From positions 1-64,000 of IMG/VR virus record IMGVR_UViG_3300001598_000001: a DNA stretch of 64,000 nt; one strand, 5' to 3'. Of this stretch, positions 19,037-29,819 are shown one piece after another. This DNA is from a virus. Its lineage: Duplodnaviria; Caudoviricetes. Position numbers and translations under genes: made by a program. The notes under the pieces were generated by a model. It was not told the DNA's origin. It searched no databases and saw only the letters and a list, made by a program, of their open reading frames with translations. Position 1 is the first letter of the stretch; each line of letters opens with the position of its first letter.

Positions 19037-19891
19037 TTAATATCCTCCTTGTAATGATGATAATGTGTCAATTACTTCTTTGTCGTTTTGTAATTTTTCA
19101 ATAGCCTTTTTAATAATAAGTCTAATATTTTCACGACTACATCCATATTGTTGACTTATTTCTTCTAAAGTGCTTTCATGTCCTAATTGATTTAAATCAT
19201 ATTTTGCAACTAAAATATCAAATTCTTGTTGGGTTAATTTGGGTTGTAAAATATTAATAATAGTTTCATGAGTATCTAAACGATTAACATGCTCCTCTGG
19301 ACTTTCGATAGTTGTATCCACAATTAAATCTCCAAGACTAACTTTTGAATCTTCATCATTGCTAATTGTATGATCTAATGAAATGCATTGACGATTCATA
19401 ATTTCTAAACAGGTTTTAATTGTTTCAACACTATATGCACCAGCTAAACAATTTTCAATATCTTCAATTGTTGGGTCATTGCATAATATCTGTCTTAAAT
19501 AATTTTTAACCTGATAAATTTTATAACAGTCGTTTTGTACACCTGTTGGAATAGTTATAATAGAATTGGTGTCTTGTATATATTTATGCACAGCTGCATC
19601 AATCCAATTATACGCATAGGTACTAAAACGTATACCTCGTGTTTCATCATATTGATTAACCGCAGAAATTAATCCAAGGTTGCCAGCAGAAATATAATCA
19701 TTTCTATCTGTATCATTTGGATGATAGTGTTTTACAATATTTGCAACTAAACGTAAGTTACTGTTAATAAATTTTTCTCGAGCTTTTTCGTCCCCATTGT
19801 GCATACGACGTGCAAGTTCTTTTTCTTCTTCTGCTGAAAGAAGCGGATACTTACTAATTTCATAATAATAATCTGTCATTGAATTTGTCAT
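19037..19891 (-). CDS. RNA polymerase sigma70-family factor (RpoD-like regions 1.2-4)
   Basis: YPLLSAEEEKELA, NLRLV, GNLGLISAV..RGIRFSTYA, ISLD, TLEEI..SRENIR. Confidence 0.92.
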   Translation of the reverse strand: MTNSMTDYYYEISKYPLLSAEEEKELARRMHNGDEKAREKFINSNLRLVANIVKHYHPNDTDRNDYISAGNLGLISAVNQYDETRGIRFSTYAYNWIDAAVHKYIQDTNSIITIPTGVQNDCYKIYQVKNYLRQILCNDPTIEDIENCLAGAYSVETIKTCLEIMNRQCISLDHTISNDEDSKVSLGDLIVDTTIESPEEHVNRLDTHETIINILQPKLTQQEFDILVAKYDLNQLGHESTLEEISQQYGCSRENIRLIIKKAIEKLQNDKEVIDTLSSLQGGY

Positions 19892-19894
19892 AAT

Positions 19895-20320
19895 TTATTT
19901 TCCTCCTTTATTTAAATTTGTATATAAAACAGGCAAGTCTTCTATATCTACGCATTCACTAATATTTAAACCAGTTCTATAATTAGCGTCTTGAATTAAT
20001 TGTTGCCAATGTTTACCGTGACCTGTAATACGGTATCCATAATACACACTTAAATGTGCTAATTCATGTAATAGAATGGTTATTACTGCTTTTGGTGGTT
20101 CATTAATTAAAAATGAACTTAAAATAATAGTATTGGTATCATAATCAGTTTCACCAGCGACTTTTTGACTCTTGGTTAAACGCCAATGAATTGTGGAAGG
20201 AAGACCCCATTTCCAACGACGAACCATCATAGTGGTTTTATGAATCAAATTATTTAAATACCAATTATTAATTAATTTTCTTTTTTGCGACATAAGATTA
20301 AACCTCTCTAACCTTAACAT
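19895..20320 (-). CDS. SprT-like zinc metalloprotease
   Basis: LLHELAH..GHGKHW. Confidence 0.8.
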   Translation of the reverse strand: MLRLERFNLMSQKRKLINNWYLNNLIHKTTMMVRRWKWGLPSTIHWRLTKSQKVAGETDYDTNTIILSSFLINEPPKAVITILLHELAHLSVYYGYRITGHGKHWQQLIQDANYRTGLNISECVDIEDLPVLYTNLNKGGK

Positions 20321-20765
20321 GATATTTTGTTTTTAAATATTCGCACACAGTCTTTACATCATTTGGATGCCAAGCACAGTCAAAGATGTTCATATCTTCA
20401 TAAAAATCATATACTTGTTGTGCTCCTAAAATAGGATCCAATTCATTAGCATCGTCTACTAATAATAAACAACCATCAGGAATAGATATAAGATTATTTT
20501 TAACATATTGTTTAGCATTGTCTGGAATATCGTTAATTAATTGATCTCCATTTTCATATACTGATAATTCTCCCATTTTTGCATCATATAATAAATCTTG
20601 TAAAAGATCTATTTCACGTTTAGTGTGATTACGAATAAGAAAATCATTATTCATTTTATCTGTAACATACTCTAAACAATCTCTGTCTTCTCCATTATCA
20701 CATTGCCAAATTCCTGTAATACAAGAATTGTTTTGATAGTTTACACATTTTTTACAATCTTTCAT
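20298..20765 (-). CDS. hypothetical protein, Cys-rich N-terminus
   Basis: GGAGG RBS before MKDCKKC. Confidence 0.65.
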   Translation of the reverse strand: MKDCKKCVNYQNNSCITGIWQCDNGEDRDCLEYVTDKMNNDFLIRNHTKREIDLLQDLLYDAKMGELSVYENGDQLINDIPDNAKQYVKNNLISIPDGCLLLVDDANELDPILGAQQVYDFYEDMNIFDCAWHPNDVKTVCEYLKTKYHVKVREV

Positions 20766-20778
20766 ATTATTTTCCTCC

Positions 20779-22239
20779 TTAATATACATATGTATCTTCA
20801 ATATTATCGTTCTCGTCATATTTGATCATAATAATATCTAAATTTGCGTAATAGACTTTTAGTTGTCTATACCATTGATCAGCTTCTTCTTCTGTATTAA
20901 ATCTTGGGCTTTCTATTAGTGCAATATTTTCTTCTCCAACCTCGGTTAAATCAATTGCAATAGCCCATGTATATTTTTCCATAATTATTCCTCCTTTTAC
21001 CAATCAATCCAGGTTTCAATATGGTAGTCATCCTGGTATTCCATATCTTCTTGAAATTCTTTAGCTTCATCTTCTGTATTAAATGTCAGAATATCAGCCC
21101 AAGAATCATATAATGCGTCTCCTGTTTTATTACTTACTAAAATATAATATACAGTTCCATCATGTTTGTGCGCCATAATTTTATCCTCTTTGTATTATTT
21201 CCAGTATTTGGTCTTCAGCAATACCAATATTAACATTGTTTTCAATTGACCAATGTATTGATTCTGGATCTTTATTAATAATGGGTTCAATAACATTGAC
21301 TGAATATAGATCCATTTCAATCATATTATCATTCTCATCAAAACCAGGAACACCATCGACAATATCCTTTAATACTACCTTAGCAATCGTGTTGTTGTAT
21401 TTATAGCCTAAGTTTACTTTTAAAATATCGCCTATCTTTGTTATTATCTTTTGTTTCATATTATATATTACCTCCTATATAAAATTAAATCTGTACAATT
21501 ATAAAAAATATTGTCCATTTCTTTTTCACATTTATTAATATTGTAAATGTTGTCTATAAAATATGCAAATTTATTATCTTCTTCAATTAAAATATAATCT
21601 AATAATATTTCTATTAATTGATCTTGTGTTTCTGGATGAATTTGTGTGGCATCCAGAGTTTGTAAATTTTTTAAAGCTTCATAAATGTTAATTATAAAAT
21701 TCATACTTTATTTCCTCCTTTATAATTATTGTTCTGTTTGTACATTAGCTAATACAGCATCTAATTCTTCGTCTGTTAAAACATTTACTTTATCCATGTC
21801 CAAACATTCATCATAAATTAGTTTTTGCCATTTTCTTTGTTCGTTATAAATTTGAACTAATTGATTGATTTTTTCTTGTCTTGTCATATTCTTACTCCTT
21901 TCAATATTATAAATTAAAATAATTCTTTTGTCAAGAGAATTATCAGAAAAACTTATAAAATTAAGCTGAAACCATATTAATAACTTTTTCAACTATTTCT
22001 TCAATTAAAAAATCTTTATAAGAATTTTTAAGTAAGACCATACCACCATCATATTCTTCATTATCATAAACTTCTTGAATATCAAGATAGATGTCATAAT
22101 AAATATAATCTACATATCCTTGTTGTATATCTTCTTTTAGCAGATTATCACCCGTACCTTCCGTAATATGAATAATTTGTTCATTAAATTTAATCCAAAA
22201 ATCGCTTGGATTATTTTTATGTAATAATGTCCATTTCAT
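20779..22239 (-). other. Run of small hypothetical CDSs (20779-20982, 20997-21176, 21181-21459, 21468-21704, 21726-21887, 21961-22239)
   Basis: Tightly packed ORFs, each with an RBS and a TAA stop. Confidence 0.65.
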
Positions 22240-22255
22240 ATTGATTTACCTTTAA

Positions 22256-23065
22256 CTAGTGATCATATACGGCAGTTGTTCTACCTGTTTTAGTATAACA
22301 TCTTAAACAATGATCACAAGTAATATCATTACCATTGGCATCTTTAGCGTGCTTGCCTGTTTTAGTAACTGCTGGACAATGAGTGACGCCATTTAATCTT
22401 TTAAGATCTTCTTCTGATAAATTTTCTGGATAGTGATTAGAATCATCATATTCAAAAACATTAATCTTACCTTTATATTTAGACAAGAACGTATCTGCAC
22501 AATGATGCCATTGAGAAACATTGATACAGAAGTTTGTAGCAGAACCGCCCTTTTCATCTAATAATTTACCTAACGCTTCTAAGTTTTTAGTATATAAACC
22601 AAAATGAACCTCTGGACAACTTTCTGCTAATGTATTCCAACGAAGTAATTCTTCGTAAGAAGTAATTTCTCCACTGACATTAATTCTAAACCAAGCCACT
22701 TTTAAATCTTTGCGATCTTGACTTTTATAATATTTAGAATTTTTAGTTTGAATAAAGTCTTTAATTTCTTTAAACAAGCGTTCAGGTTGTTCTCTTAAAA
22801 GAACAGTATTTTCACCCCATGCAGGAATAACTGCATTAGAATGAAGTTTTGCAGAATTAACTGCATAACAAGCACCGAAACAACCATCACATAAATGTGT
22901 ACAGGTTCCTTCGACATTTGTTAATAATACGGAATTTTTTAAGACCAACATGTGATCTTTATTACCTGGTAAAGTACTAAAATTCCAAATAGTCTTACCA
23001 ATTTTCGAATTTCCTTGGCTAAGGTGAAGTTTTGCTTCTTTTTTATTAATTACATATAATGCCAT
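22256..23065 (-). CDS. Gp88-like Cys-rich (radical-SAM-like) phage protein
   Basis: GNSKIG, TC..C..C..ACYA, FRINVSGEI, YTK, CPA, TCDHCLRC. Confidence 0.75.
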   Translation of the reverse strand: MALYVINKKEAKLHLSQGNSKIGKTIWNFSTLPGNKDHMLVLKNSVLLTNVEGTCTHLCDGCFGACYAVNSAKLHSNAVIPAWGENTVLLREQPERLFKEIKDFIQTKNSKYYKSQDRKDLKVAWFRINVSGEITSYEELLRWNTLAESCPEVHFGLYTKNLEALGKLLDEKGGSATNFCINVSQWHHCADTFLSKYKGKINVFEYDDSNHYPENLSEEDLKRLNGVTHCPAVTKTGKHAKDANGNDITCDHCLRCYTKTGRTTAVYDH

Positions 23066-23084
23066 ATATTTCCTCCTTTATAAA

Positions 23085-23534
23085 TTAATAATAATCTCCA
23101 TAATATGCACGTTCTGCCGCTTCTTCTGATAAAGCTTCTTCATATTCTTCATAAATGTTTTGATAAAGCTGATTATCACAGTCCCAGCGTTCTTCTATAT
23201 CTTTTTTAATTTTTTCTAATAAAACATCAATAGTCTCAGATGCTATGGAGGTATTATATTCTTCTTCTAAATATTCTTGTAACCACTTTGACATATGTGA
23301 GTCAAAAGCTATTTTAATACCATGTATTTCTGTTTCCCAAAATTTTAGAATACCACCAGGAACATCTCCGTCACCAATAGCATCTAAATAGGTTTCACCA
23401 TCAACATCAATTTCCATGTCAGTAAGTTCAAAACCTATAAACCACGCAAGTGGAAGATTGCACTGCTTAATATATTCTATGGTTTCTGGTGATAATAAGG
23501 ATTCAGTGATATTACAACTTAAATAAATGTCCAT
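23085..23534 (-). CDS. Acidic hypothetical protein
   Basis: GGAGG RBS. Confidence 0.7.
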   Translation of the reverse strand: MDIYLSCNITESLLSPETIEYIKQCNLPLAWFIGFELTDMEIDVDGETYLDAIGDGDVPGGILKFWETEIHGIKIAFDSHMSKWLQEYLEEEYNTSIASETIDVLLEKIKKDIEERWDCDNQLYQNIYEEYEEALSEEAAERAYYGDYY

Positions 23535-23545
23535 ATTTTTACCTC

Positions 23546-23764
23546 CTATTCTTCAACAATTTTCATTCCAAATACACCAGGAAAAAATTCACGATAACCT
23601 GTTGTAGATTCGTCTCCTGGTTTATGAGCATAAACTCTACCAGTACTTCCTGGGTGGTGACCTTTGGAATAACTTTCAATTACCCATTTTTCACCACGAA
23701 AGTCTGAATAAACTTCATTAAGCTTAATAGCTTTTTGTGTTTTTTCATCAATTAATTTAATCAT
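23546..23764 (-). CDS. hypothetical protein
   Basis: DFRGE..STGRVY..FFPGVF. Confidence 0.7.
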   Translation of the reverse strand: MIKLIDEKTQKAIKLNEVYSDFRGEKWVIESYSKGHHPGSTGRVYAHKPGDESTTGYREFFPGVFGMKIVEE

Positions 23765-23829
23765 AATGTTTTCCTCCTTTTATATTTTATACTAATTCAT
23801 TAAACTTATTTCCATAATAATATTTCATT

Positions 23830-24276
23830 TTATTTCACCTCCTTAGTTAATTGTTCATATAATTCTTTGTAATCATCTTCTGAATAATTACCAACAAGTA
23901 AAGATTCCATTGGTTCCATATAGGCTTCAAAGAATCCTTCGTCAGCGTCACCATCGTCGGCATTTTCATAATCTTGTGGTCTATAACCTTCTCGATTATT
24001 TTCATTAAAGAATTTTTTAAATACTGAAATATTTTCCATAATAAATTCTTTAACTAAACATGGGGAATACCAATCGTTTCTTATTGTAACACATTTTATG
24101 TTTAATGCAAGCAATAACATGAATTTATCATAATAATCTTTGCATTGTTCCCAGTTTTCTTCACAACAGAAGAAGGTTCCCCAATCAAATGTATCATCAC
24201 AAATATCTAAACCTTGTGTTTGCATAGCCGCATCATATAATCTTATTTCACTTCTTTCGACCTTTGTATTAATCAT
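23830..24276 (-). CDS. Acidic hypothetical protein
   Basis: GGAGG RBS. Confidence 0.7.
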   Translation of the reverse strand: MINTKVERSEIRLYDAAMQTQGLDICDDTFDWGTFFCCEENWEQCKDYYDKFMLLLALNIKCVTIRNDWYSPCLVKEFIMENISVFKKFFNENNREGYRPQDYENADDGDADEGFFEAYMEPMESLLVGNYSEDDYKELYEQLTKEVK

Positions 24277-25042
24277 AGTTTTCCTCCTTATTTAAATTTT
24301 CTAAAATATCTTCACCAGAAGTTATACAATAAGCACCTTGCTTAATAAGTTCATTATTATAGGTGTTATCATCAATTGGATGAGGTACAACATAAATATC
24401 TTTACCATCAGCAACCGCATATTGTACAGTGATTAGAGTACCACTCTTTTCTTTGCACTCTGGAATTATAAGTAAATCACTAATACCAGCAATAATCCTG
24501 TCTCTCATAGGGAAGTGTTCTGGAGCAGGTTGTACCCCCAAAGGATATTCACTTAGAATTAATCCATTGTGGTCTAAAATATCGTCCACTAATCCTTTAT
24601 TGTCTAACGGATAAACAATATCCAAACCATTACCAATTACAGCAATTGTTTCACCATGACGAGTTATGGTTGTTAAGTGAGCAATTGTATCTATTCCTTT
24701 TGCTAGTCCAGAAACAATAACAATATTATCACGAGTTAACTTACTAACTATGGTTTTACAGGCTATTTTTCCATATTCACTAACTTCTCTAGATCCTGAT
24801 ACTCCAATCAGATTTTTTCTTTTTAATAAATTTATATTACCTTTATAAAATAAGACAAAAGGTGGTTTTAAACTGTGCTTTAAAGACAAAGGATAGTCAT
24901 CGTCTAATATGGTAATATAATTCAATTTACTATCATCTATATCTTCTGGCGGTTCTAGTTTTTGAGATATGTGATTATAAATTTGATCCCAATCTCCATT
25001 ATAATAAACGGCTAAATTTAATAATAATTTTTTACTGTCCAT
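24269..25042 (-). CDS. dprA: DNA-processing protein DprA/Smf
   Basis: YPLSLK..PPFVLFYKGN, GSREVSEYG, IVSGLAKGID..AH, SEYP, FPMRDRIIAGIS, SGTLIT. Confidence 0.93.
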   Translation of the reverse strand: MDSKKLLLNLAVYYNGDWDQIYNHISQKLEPPEDIDDSKLNYITILDDDYPLSLKHSLKPPFVLFYKGNINLLKRKNLIGVSGSREVSEYGKIACKTIVSKLTRDNIVIVSGLAKGIDTIAHLTTITRHGETIAVIGNGLDIVYPLDNKGLVDDILDHNGLILSEYPLGVQPAPEHFPMRDRIIAGISDLLIIPECKEKSGTLITVQYAVADGKDIYVVPHPIDDNTYNNELIKQGAYCITSGEDILENLNKEENYD

Positions 25043-25056
25043 ATTAATATCCTCCT

Positions 25057-25626
25057 TTATAATATTTCTAAATTATCAGTATTAAAAATTAATTGTAAAT
25101 TTTTATACTTAATTTCTGGATGTTTGTCAGATATCCATTTTGCGAACTCGTTAACAGATAAAAAATTACAATGAACATAATCTTTTTGCCATTCACGATC
25201 AATAATTCCCAAAGTGGTCCAGCGATCTTGAAAAATCTTTTTAGCTTGTTGAACATCTTCATAACGATCTTCAATAGTTAATTCTAAAGCTTCCAAATCA
25301 TCTCCGTCAATATGATCAGCAGTTTTGGTTTTGAGCCATTCATATTCACTAGTTGCGGGGTTATATGATGAGTCCAATCTTTGTAAACAAGCTAATACTT
25401 TTTGTTTAAATTCTTGGCGGAGCTCTGGCGTAATATTGTCGACATAGCGTTCATCAGCACATCCGCCATTACCAGCTTGATATACGTCACAAATTTTGTG
25501 ATCGTGATAATAAATATCACATTTCATCCCACCATCTTCGCCATATTCCATAGATGGGAATCTTTGTAAATTTCTAATTTCTAAACCCTCTTTAGTTTTA
25601 ATATTTAAATCTTTAATATCTTTCAT
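25057..25626 (-). CDS. hypothetical protein
   Basis: GGAGG RBS; QAGNGG motif. Confidence 0.7.
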   Translation of the reverse strand: MKDIKDLNIKTKEGLEIRNLQRFPSMEYGEDGGMKCDIYYHDHKICDVYQAGNGGCADERYVDNITPELRQEFKQKVLACLQRLDSSYNPATSEYEWLKTKTADHIDGDDLEALELTIEDRYEDVQQAKKIFQDRWTTLGIIDREWQKDYVHCNFLSVNEFAKWISDKHPEIKYKNLQLIFNTDNLEIL

Positions 25627-25642
25627 AATTATTCCTCCTTTT

Positions 25643-25822
25643 CTAATAATTGTAAGGTAAAAAGGCAACTGCATAATATTTACCAGCAATTTCTCTTTTA
25701 ATATAGATATTTGATTTTAATTTATCTCTTAAATTTTCAGCTATCTTTCTTACATAATCAAGAGACCAATTACATTTATCTAACACTTCAAGTTCTGTAT
25801 TTGTTCTAATATATCTTTTCAT
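25643..25822 (-). CDS. hypothetical protein
   Basis: GGAGG RBS. Confidence 0.6.
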   Translation of the reverse strand: MKRYIRTNTELEVLDKCNWSLDYVRKIAENLRDKLKSNIYIKREIAGKYYAVAFLPYNY

Positions 25823-25845
25823 AATTCTATTCCTCCAAAAATTTT

Positions 25846-26289
25846 TTACCATTTAATAGTAATTTCTTGACAATAATATTTTAACCAAGATTCATTAGAT
25901 CTAGATGACACTGAAAAACCCAAATCTTTTAATTTATTTAATGTCAACTCTAAAATTTGTGGGCCAACTTTACGTTGTATATCTCGTAAATCAACTTTTT
26001 TATATGTATAACTTTCATAGCCCTTTGGATTTTCTGGATTATTCCATCTGATTCCAGATGTGCGAAAAAGAGTTGAAGAGCACCCAGAAGCATAGCCCCA
26101 GAATTCTAGCTCTAAGGTTGTAGAACGTCTTAACAACGCTTCTTTTTCTGAACATCGTTTTTCTATATATTTGACATAATTATCTTTTTCTAATTCTTGT
26201 TTAAAATATTCTACTATTTCTTTAACAACAGTTTCGTTTGTATTATTTAATTCATTTGATTTGTTATTTAATGTGTCTGCTAAATTCAT
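25846..26289 (-). CDS. hypothetical protein
   Basis: GGAGG RBS before MNLADT. Confidence 0.7.
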   Translation of the reverse strand: MNLADTLNNKSNELNNTNETVVKEIVEYFKQELEKDNYVKYIEKRCSEKEALLRRSTTLELEFWGYASGCSSTLFRTSGIRWNNPENPKGYESYTYKKVDLRDIQRKVGPQILELTLNKLKDLGFSVSSRSNESWLKYYCQEITIKW

Positions 26290-26290
26290 A

Positions 26291-26824
26291 TTATTTTTCC
26301 TCCTTGTTTTCTTTTGCATATTCTGCGTCTAATTCATCCCAATATTCTGGGGATTCAAATTCATATTTAATACTAAAATCGCGTAAATCTCCATTACATT
26401 CAAACCACATACCGTGTTCGAACCCTCCACCAAAACCTGCACCAGGTTCATAATAGTAATAATTAAATTCTAAATGTGGATTATCCATAATTAGTTTCTT
26501 AATTGGATTTTCACATGGAGACCAAGCTGTACCAAACCAAATTTCTATTTCAGTACATTCGCTTTCTTCTATTTCTTCAATTGTTGGACCCTGAAGATCA
26601 AATGTGTTCCATTTTGTTCCCCAAAACGCAACGTGCCAATCATACCAATTAAACCATGGGCGTTCTTTGTCTTCGGCTAATCGATATTGTTTTGGGCATT
26701 CTTCAATTGTTAATGGTTCTGGTATGATTTTGTTTAAATCACAATAATCATATTGTTGGATAAACTTAATTAGATCTTTTGTGGAACCACGCACAATTAA
26801 TCTATTTTCACAATAATTTGGCAT
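26291..26824 (-). CDS. YubB/DUF1281-like ferredoxin-fold protein
   Basis: MPNYCEN, WYDWHVAFWGTKWN, FGTAWSP, YYEPG. Confidence 0.8.
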   Translation of the reverse strand: MPNYCENRLIVRGSTKDLIKFIQQYDYCDLNKIIPEPLTIEECPKQYRLAEDKERPWFNWYDWHVAFWGTKWNTFDLQGPTIEEIEESECTEIEIWFGTAWSPCENPIKKLIMDNPHLEFNYYYYEPGAGFGGGFEHGMWFECNGDLRDFSIKYEFESPEYWDELDAEYAKENKEEK

Positions 26825-26837
26825 ATAGTTACCTCCT

Positions 26838-27008
26838 TTATAATGCTACGCGTCTATGAATAACGCGATAATTTGCTGGTTGGTTTTCTTGATAAGATTT
26901 TAAGTCGGATTTTAATTCAGACATTTCATCTTTTTCATACGTTACAAGGTCATCCCAACCATAACCATAATTACCTTGTAATACTGCAACTTCTTTTGTT
27001 TTAGCCAT
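26838..27008 (-). CDS. Small phage hypothetical protein
   Basis: LQGNYGYGWDD..YQEN..YRVIHRR; GGAGG RBS; below the ORF-track cutoff. Confidence 0.65.
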   Translation of the reverse strand: MAKTKEVAVLQGNYGYGWDDLVTYEKDEMSELKSDLKSYQENQPANYRVIHRRVAL

Positions 27009-27023
27009 ATTTTACACCTCCTT

Positions 27024-28059
27024 TTATTCTAGTGATGTCGTACTAGGTTCTGGTACGTTAGTTATCACCATGGTCGATAAATTTTGTAATGAATCAAAAT
27101 ATTGTTTATCTTTATAATAAACCCAAGTTTTAGCTTGATATTTACTTTTTAGCGCAACGGGTTTTGTTTTCCCATCGCGCTTTTTTTCCATAACATATTT
27201 TCCTGTTTTTATATTTTTAATATAATAGCAAAAATGATGTTGATATTCCCAACAATATTTATGATATCCCACTAATTGAAAATCTAAAACAACAGGAAAT
27301 TGTTGAAGCATTCTATGAAAATCATTAGATTGTGGATCTATATGTGTTAATGGTGCACCAGTAACCGCTTCTTGATAAGTAGCGCCGCATGCAAATTTCA
27401 TATTATTTTACCTCTTTTCTGACCATAATTATTTTTTCAATCCACGGTAATAATTGTTCTAAATCATTAATTTCTATACAATTAGGATGTGCATCTAATA
27501 GGTCGTCTTCGGCGTCTTCAATTGTTTTATAATCATAATGACCTTGACCCCAAGAACCAGTTGATAAATTGTAATACCAACCCCAAGCATATGGATGAAT
27601 ACCATCACCACGTTTAACAATAATATTAATATCACCAAGATTACCACTGCTTAAATCAATATACATCTTAATAATTTCCCATTGTTGATTTGTATGGGTA
27701 ACAAATTCTGCATCAATAGCAGAAACAGATAATTTTTGTTCCATATATTTCCTCCTTTAAATAATATTAGATACTTCACAAGTATAATTGTGATCTTTAG
27801 TTATATAAGCAAACCACATACAATTATTCTTGTAGTATGTAAAACCAACTTGAAAACACCAACCATTATAGCCAGTGATTTTCATATCACGTCCATGATA
27901 TTTTTCTCTTATTCTTTCACAATCACAATAAGCACAATACTTATCATTAGAATAATGAGAAGTATAACAATCATCTAAATCATATAAATTAGAATTTAAA
28001 TAGGATTGATATACTTGTCCTAATCTTCTACGTATAGATCTGCTTGTTACATATTCCAT
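27024..28059 (-). other. Three hypothetical CDSs (27024-27401, 27403-27744, 27757-28059)
   Basis: Packed ORFs with RBS. Confidence 0.65.
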
Positions 28060-28074
28060 AATTTTTATCTCCTA

Positions 28075-28713
28075 CTAAGATTCAACAAAGTCTAAAGTGT
28101 CGGTAATATCATTATAATCATTTTTATAAAAATCATTATAATCTTTCCAATTAACAATTTCAATAATATCACCAGCCCACATACCAATTTTATCTTCATT
28201 GATGCCATAATAACAACCGCCGCCTTTACCATGACCAAGTGCGGTTAATAATGGTAACGGATGGATTGGCATAAAATATGAAACGTTGTTATGTTTTTGA
28301 CACATATTTTTATAATAACGCGATAGAATAATTAATTCTTTTTTAGAATGATTAATAATATAAAGATACATATCAGTTAATGAAAAAGGCGAATCTTCGT
28401 CATCTTCAATTTCTGGACCGTTTTGACCAAAATCATCTGGATCGTTTTCTGGCCACGCTTGTCTCCACATAGTAGTTAAAACAGCTTTTTGATCATCTGA
28501 ATAATTTTGTAAATCATCAGAATCTGTATAATCTCCAACCCAAGCTAAGTGTTGAGGATTGTTAAATAATAAAGAATCAATAGCCATAACGTAATGATTA
28601 CCTATATAGCTATGCTCCATAATTTTGGACCCATTATCATAAGCCCATGATGATAATACGACACATTTATCATCATCTTTTTTCTTTAACGTCGCTCTAA
28701 AATATTCTCCCAT
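28075..28713 (-). CDS. Conserved phage hypothetical protein
   Basis: KIMEHSYIGN, WVGDY, IHPLPLLTALG, GMWAGD. Confidence 0.8.
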   Translation of the reverse strand: MGEYFRATLKKKDDDKCVVLSSWAYDNGSKIMEHSYIGNHYVMAIDSLLFNNPQHLAWVGDYTDSDDLQNYSDDQKAVLTTMWRQAWPENDPDDFGQNGPEIEDDEDSPFSLTDMYLYIINHSKKELIILSRYYKNMCQKHNNVSYFMPIHPLPLLTALGHGKGGGCYYGINEDKIGMWAGDIIEIVNWKDYNDFYKNDYNDITDTLDFVES

Positions 28714-28731
28714 AATATTACCTCCTAAGGA

Positions 28732-29163
28732 CTAAACACCTTTTTCACAACTACTATCATCTTCTATATTATAAGATCCTTTTCCTATTAATACAAGATG
28801 ATCTTCATATGCTGCGTAAATTTGATAATCAATTTTAGTAATCTTTTGAACACCAAAACCACTATCATTAGCACCAGCAATAATGCTTGATTTATTTAAA
28901 TTACCGATTGATATATCATAGGGTTCCATCTCAATAGTTCCTTTTTCTTCATACCAATCAATAATATGAGCAGTACCTTTAATAATATATTTAGTTAAAG
29001 ATAATTCAATAGTTTTTGCTAAACTATTTTCAAGTAATAATAAATTACCTTGATTTTTATCATCTATTTCTTTCCAACATGCCATTCTATATCTTTCTTC
29101 ATCCCAACGATGATGAGGACAGTTATTACAACTGCCCTTTGGTTTTGTACAAATAATTGCCAT
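28732..29163 (-). CDS. hypothetical protein
   Basis: CNNCPHH N-terminus. Confidence 0.65.
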   Translation of the reverse strand: MAIICTKPKGSCNNCPHHRWDEERYRMACWKEIDDKNQGNLLLLENSLAKTIELSLTKYIIKGTAHIIDWYEEKGTIEMEPYDISIGNLNKSSIIAGANDSGFGVQKITKIDYQIYAAYEDHLVLIGKGSYNIEDDSSCEKGV

Positions 29164-29176
29164 AATTATACCTCGT

Positions 29177-29803
29177 TTATAAAACTTGTTTGTCTAAAGA
29201 TAAAATGTTATTGATATCAATTGCAAAAATTGGAGTGTCTTCTGTATTACCCCAGTTATTAGACTTAGTAATATTTTGAATACTATTTGGAGCAATTTTA
29301 ACCCCATTTTTATAATAACTTACAACAGTTTTATGTTTAGGACTGCGACTTTTAGTAATTCTTAAATAACTCTTGTCATTATGAGCAATAAGATATTGGT
29401 TTTCCCAAGTACCCCATGGTAACTCGTGGTCTAACTTGTTTATTTTACCAGTAACGGCATTCATTTCAATAACAGATGAAATGTGACTATATTTAACGCC
29501 CAAACGACACACTGTGGTTGTAATTTTTGTAATAACTGGAATATTACCATATTCAAATGTATAATTTGAGGTATTATGTTTTAAAGTACCTCTACACAAC
29601 TTGGTAATAGCAACGGTGCTCATACCTGTTTCCGCAGCAGCTTCATCAATGGTGTTAAAACTTTTAATCAAATTTCCTTGTAAATCATATTGAACAACGG
29701 GTTTACTACCTTCTAATAGCTCTAGTTGTGTTTGCCAAGAAATATTTCTATAAACACCCTTCTTTTTAGACTCAATAATATTCATTAATTTTTCTTTTTG
29801 CAT
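29177..29803 (-). CDS. Hypothetical protein with an internal NUMOD1-type HTH domain
   Basis: KPVVQYDLQGNLIKSFNTIDEAA..ITKLCRG; GGAGG RBS before MQKEKL. Confidence 0.75.
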   Translation of the reverse strand: MQKEKLMNIIESKKKGVYRNISWQTQLELLEGSKPVVQYDLQGNLIKSFNTIDEAAAETGMSTVAITKLCRGTLKHNTSNYTFEYGNIPVITKITTTVCRLGVKYSHISSVIEMNAVTGKINKLDHELPWGTWENQYLIAHNDKSYLRITKSRSPKHKTVVSYYKNGVKIAPNSIQNITKSNNWGNTEDTPIFAIDINNILSLDKQVL

Positions 29804-29819
29804 AAATTTACCTCCTTTA

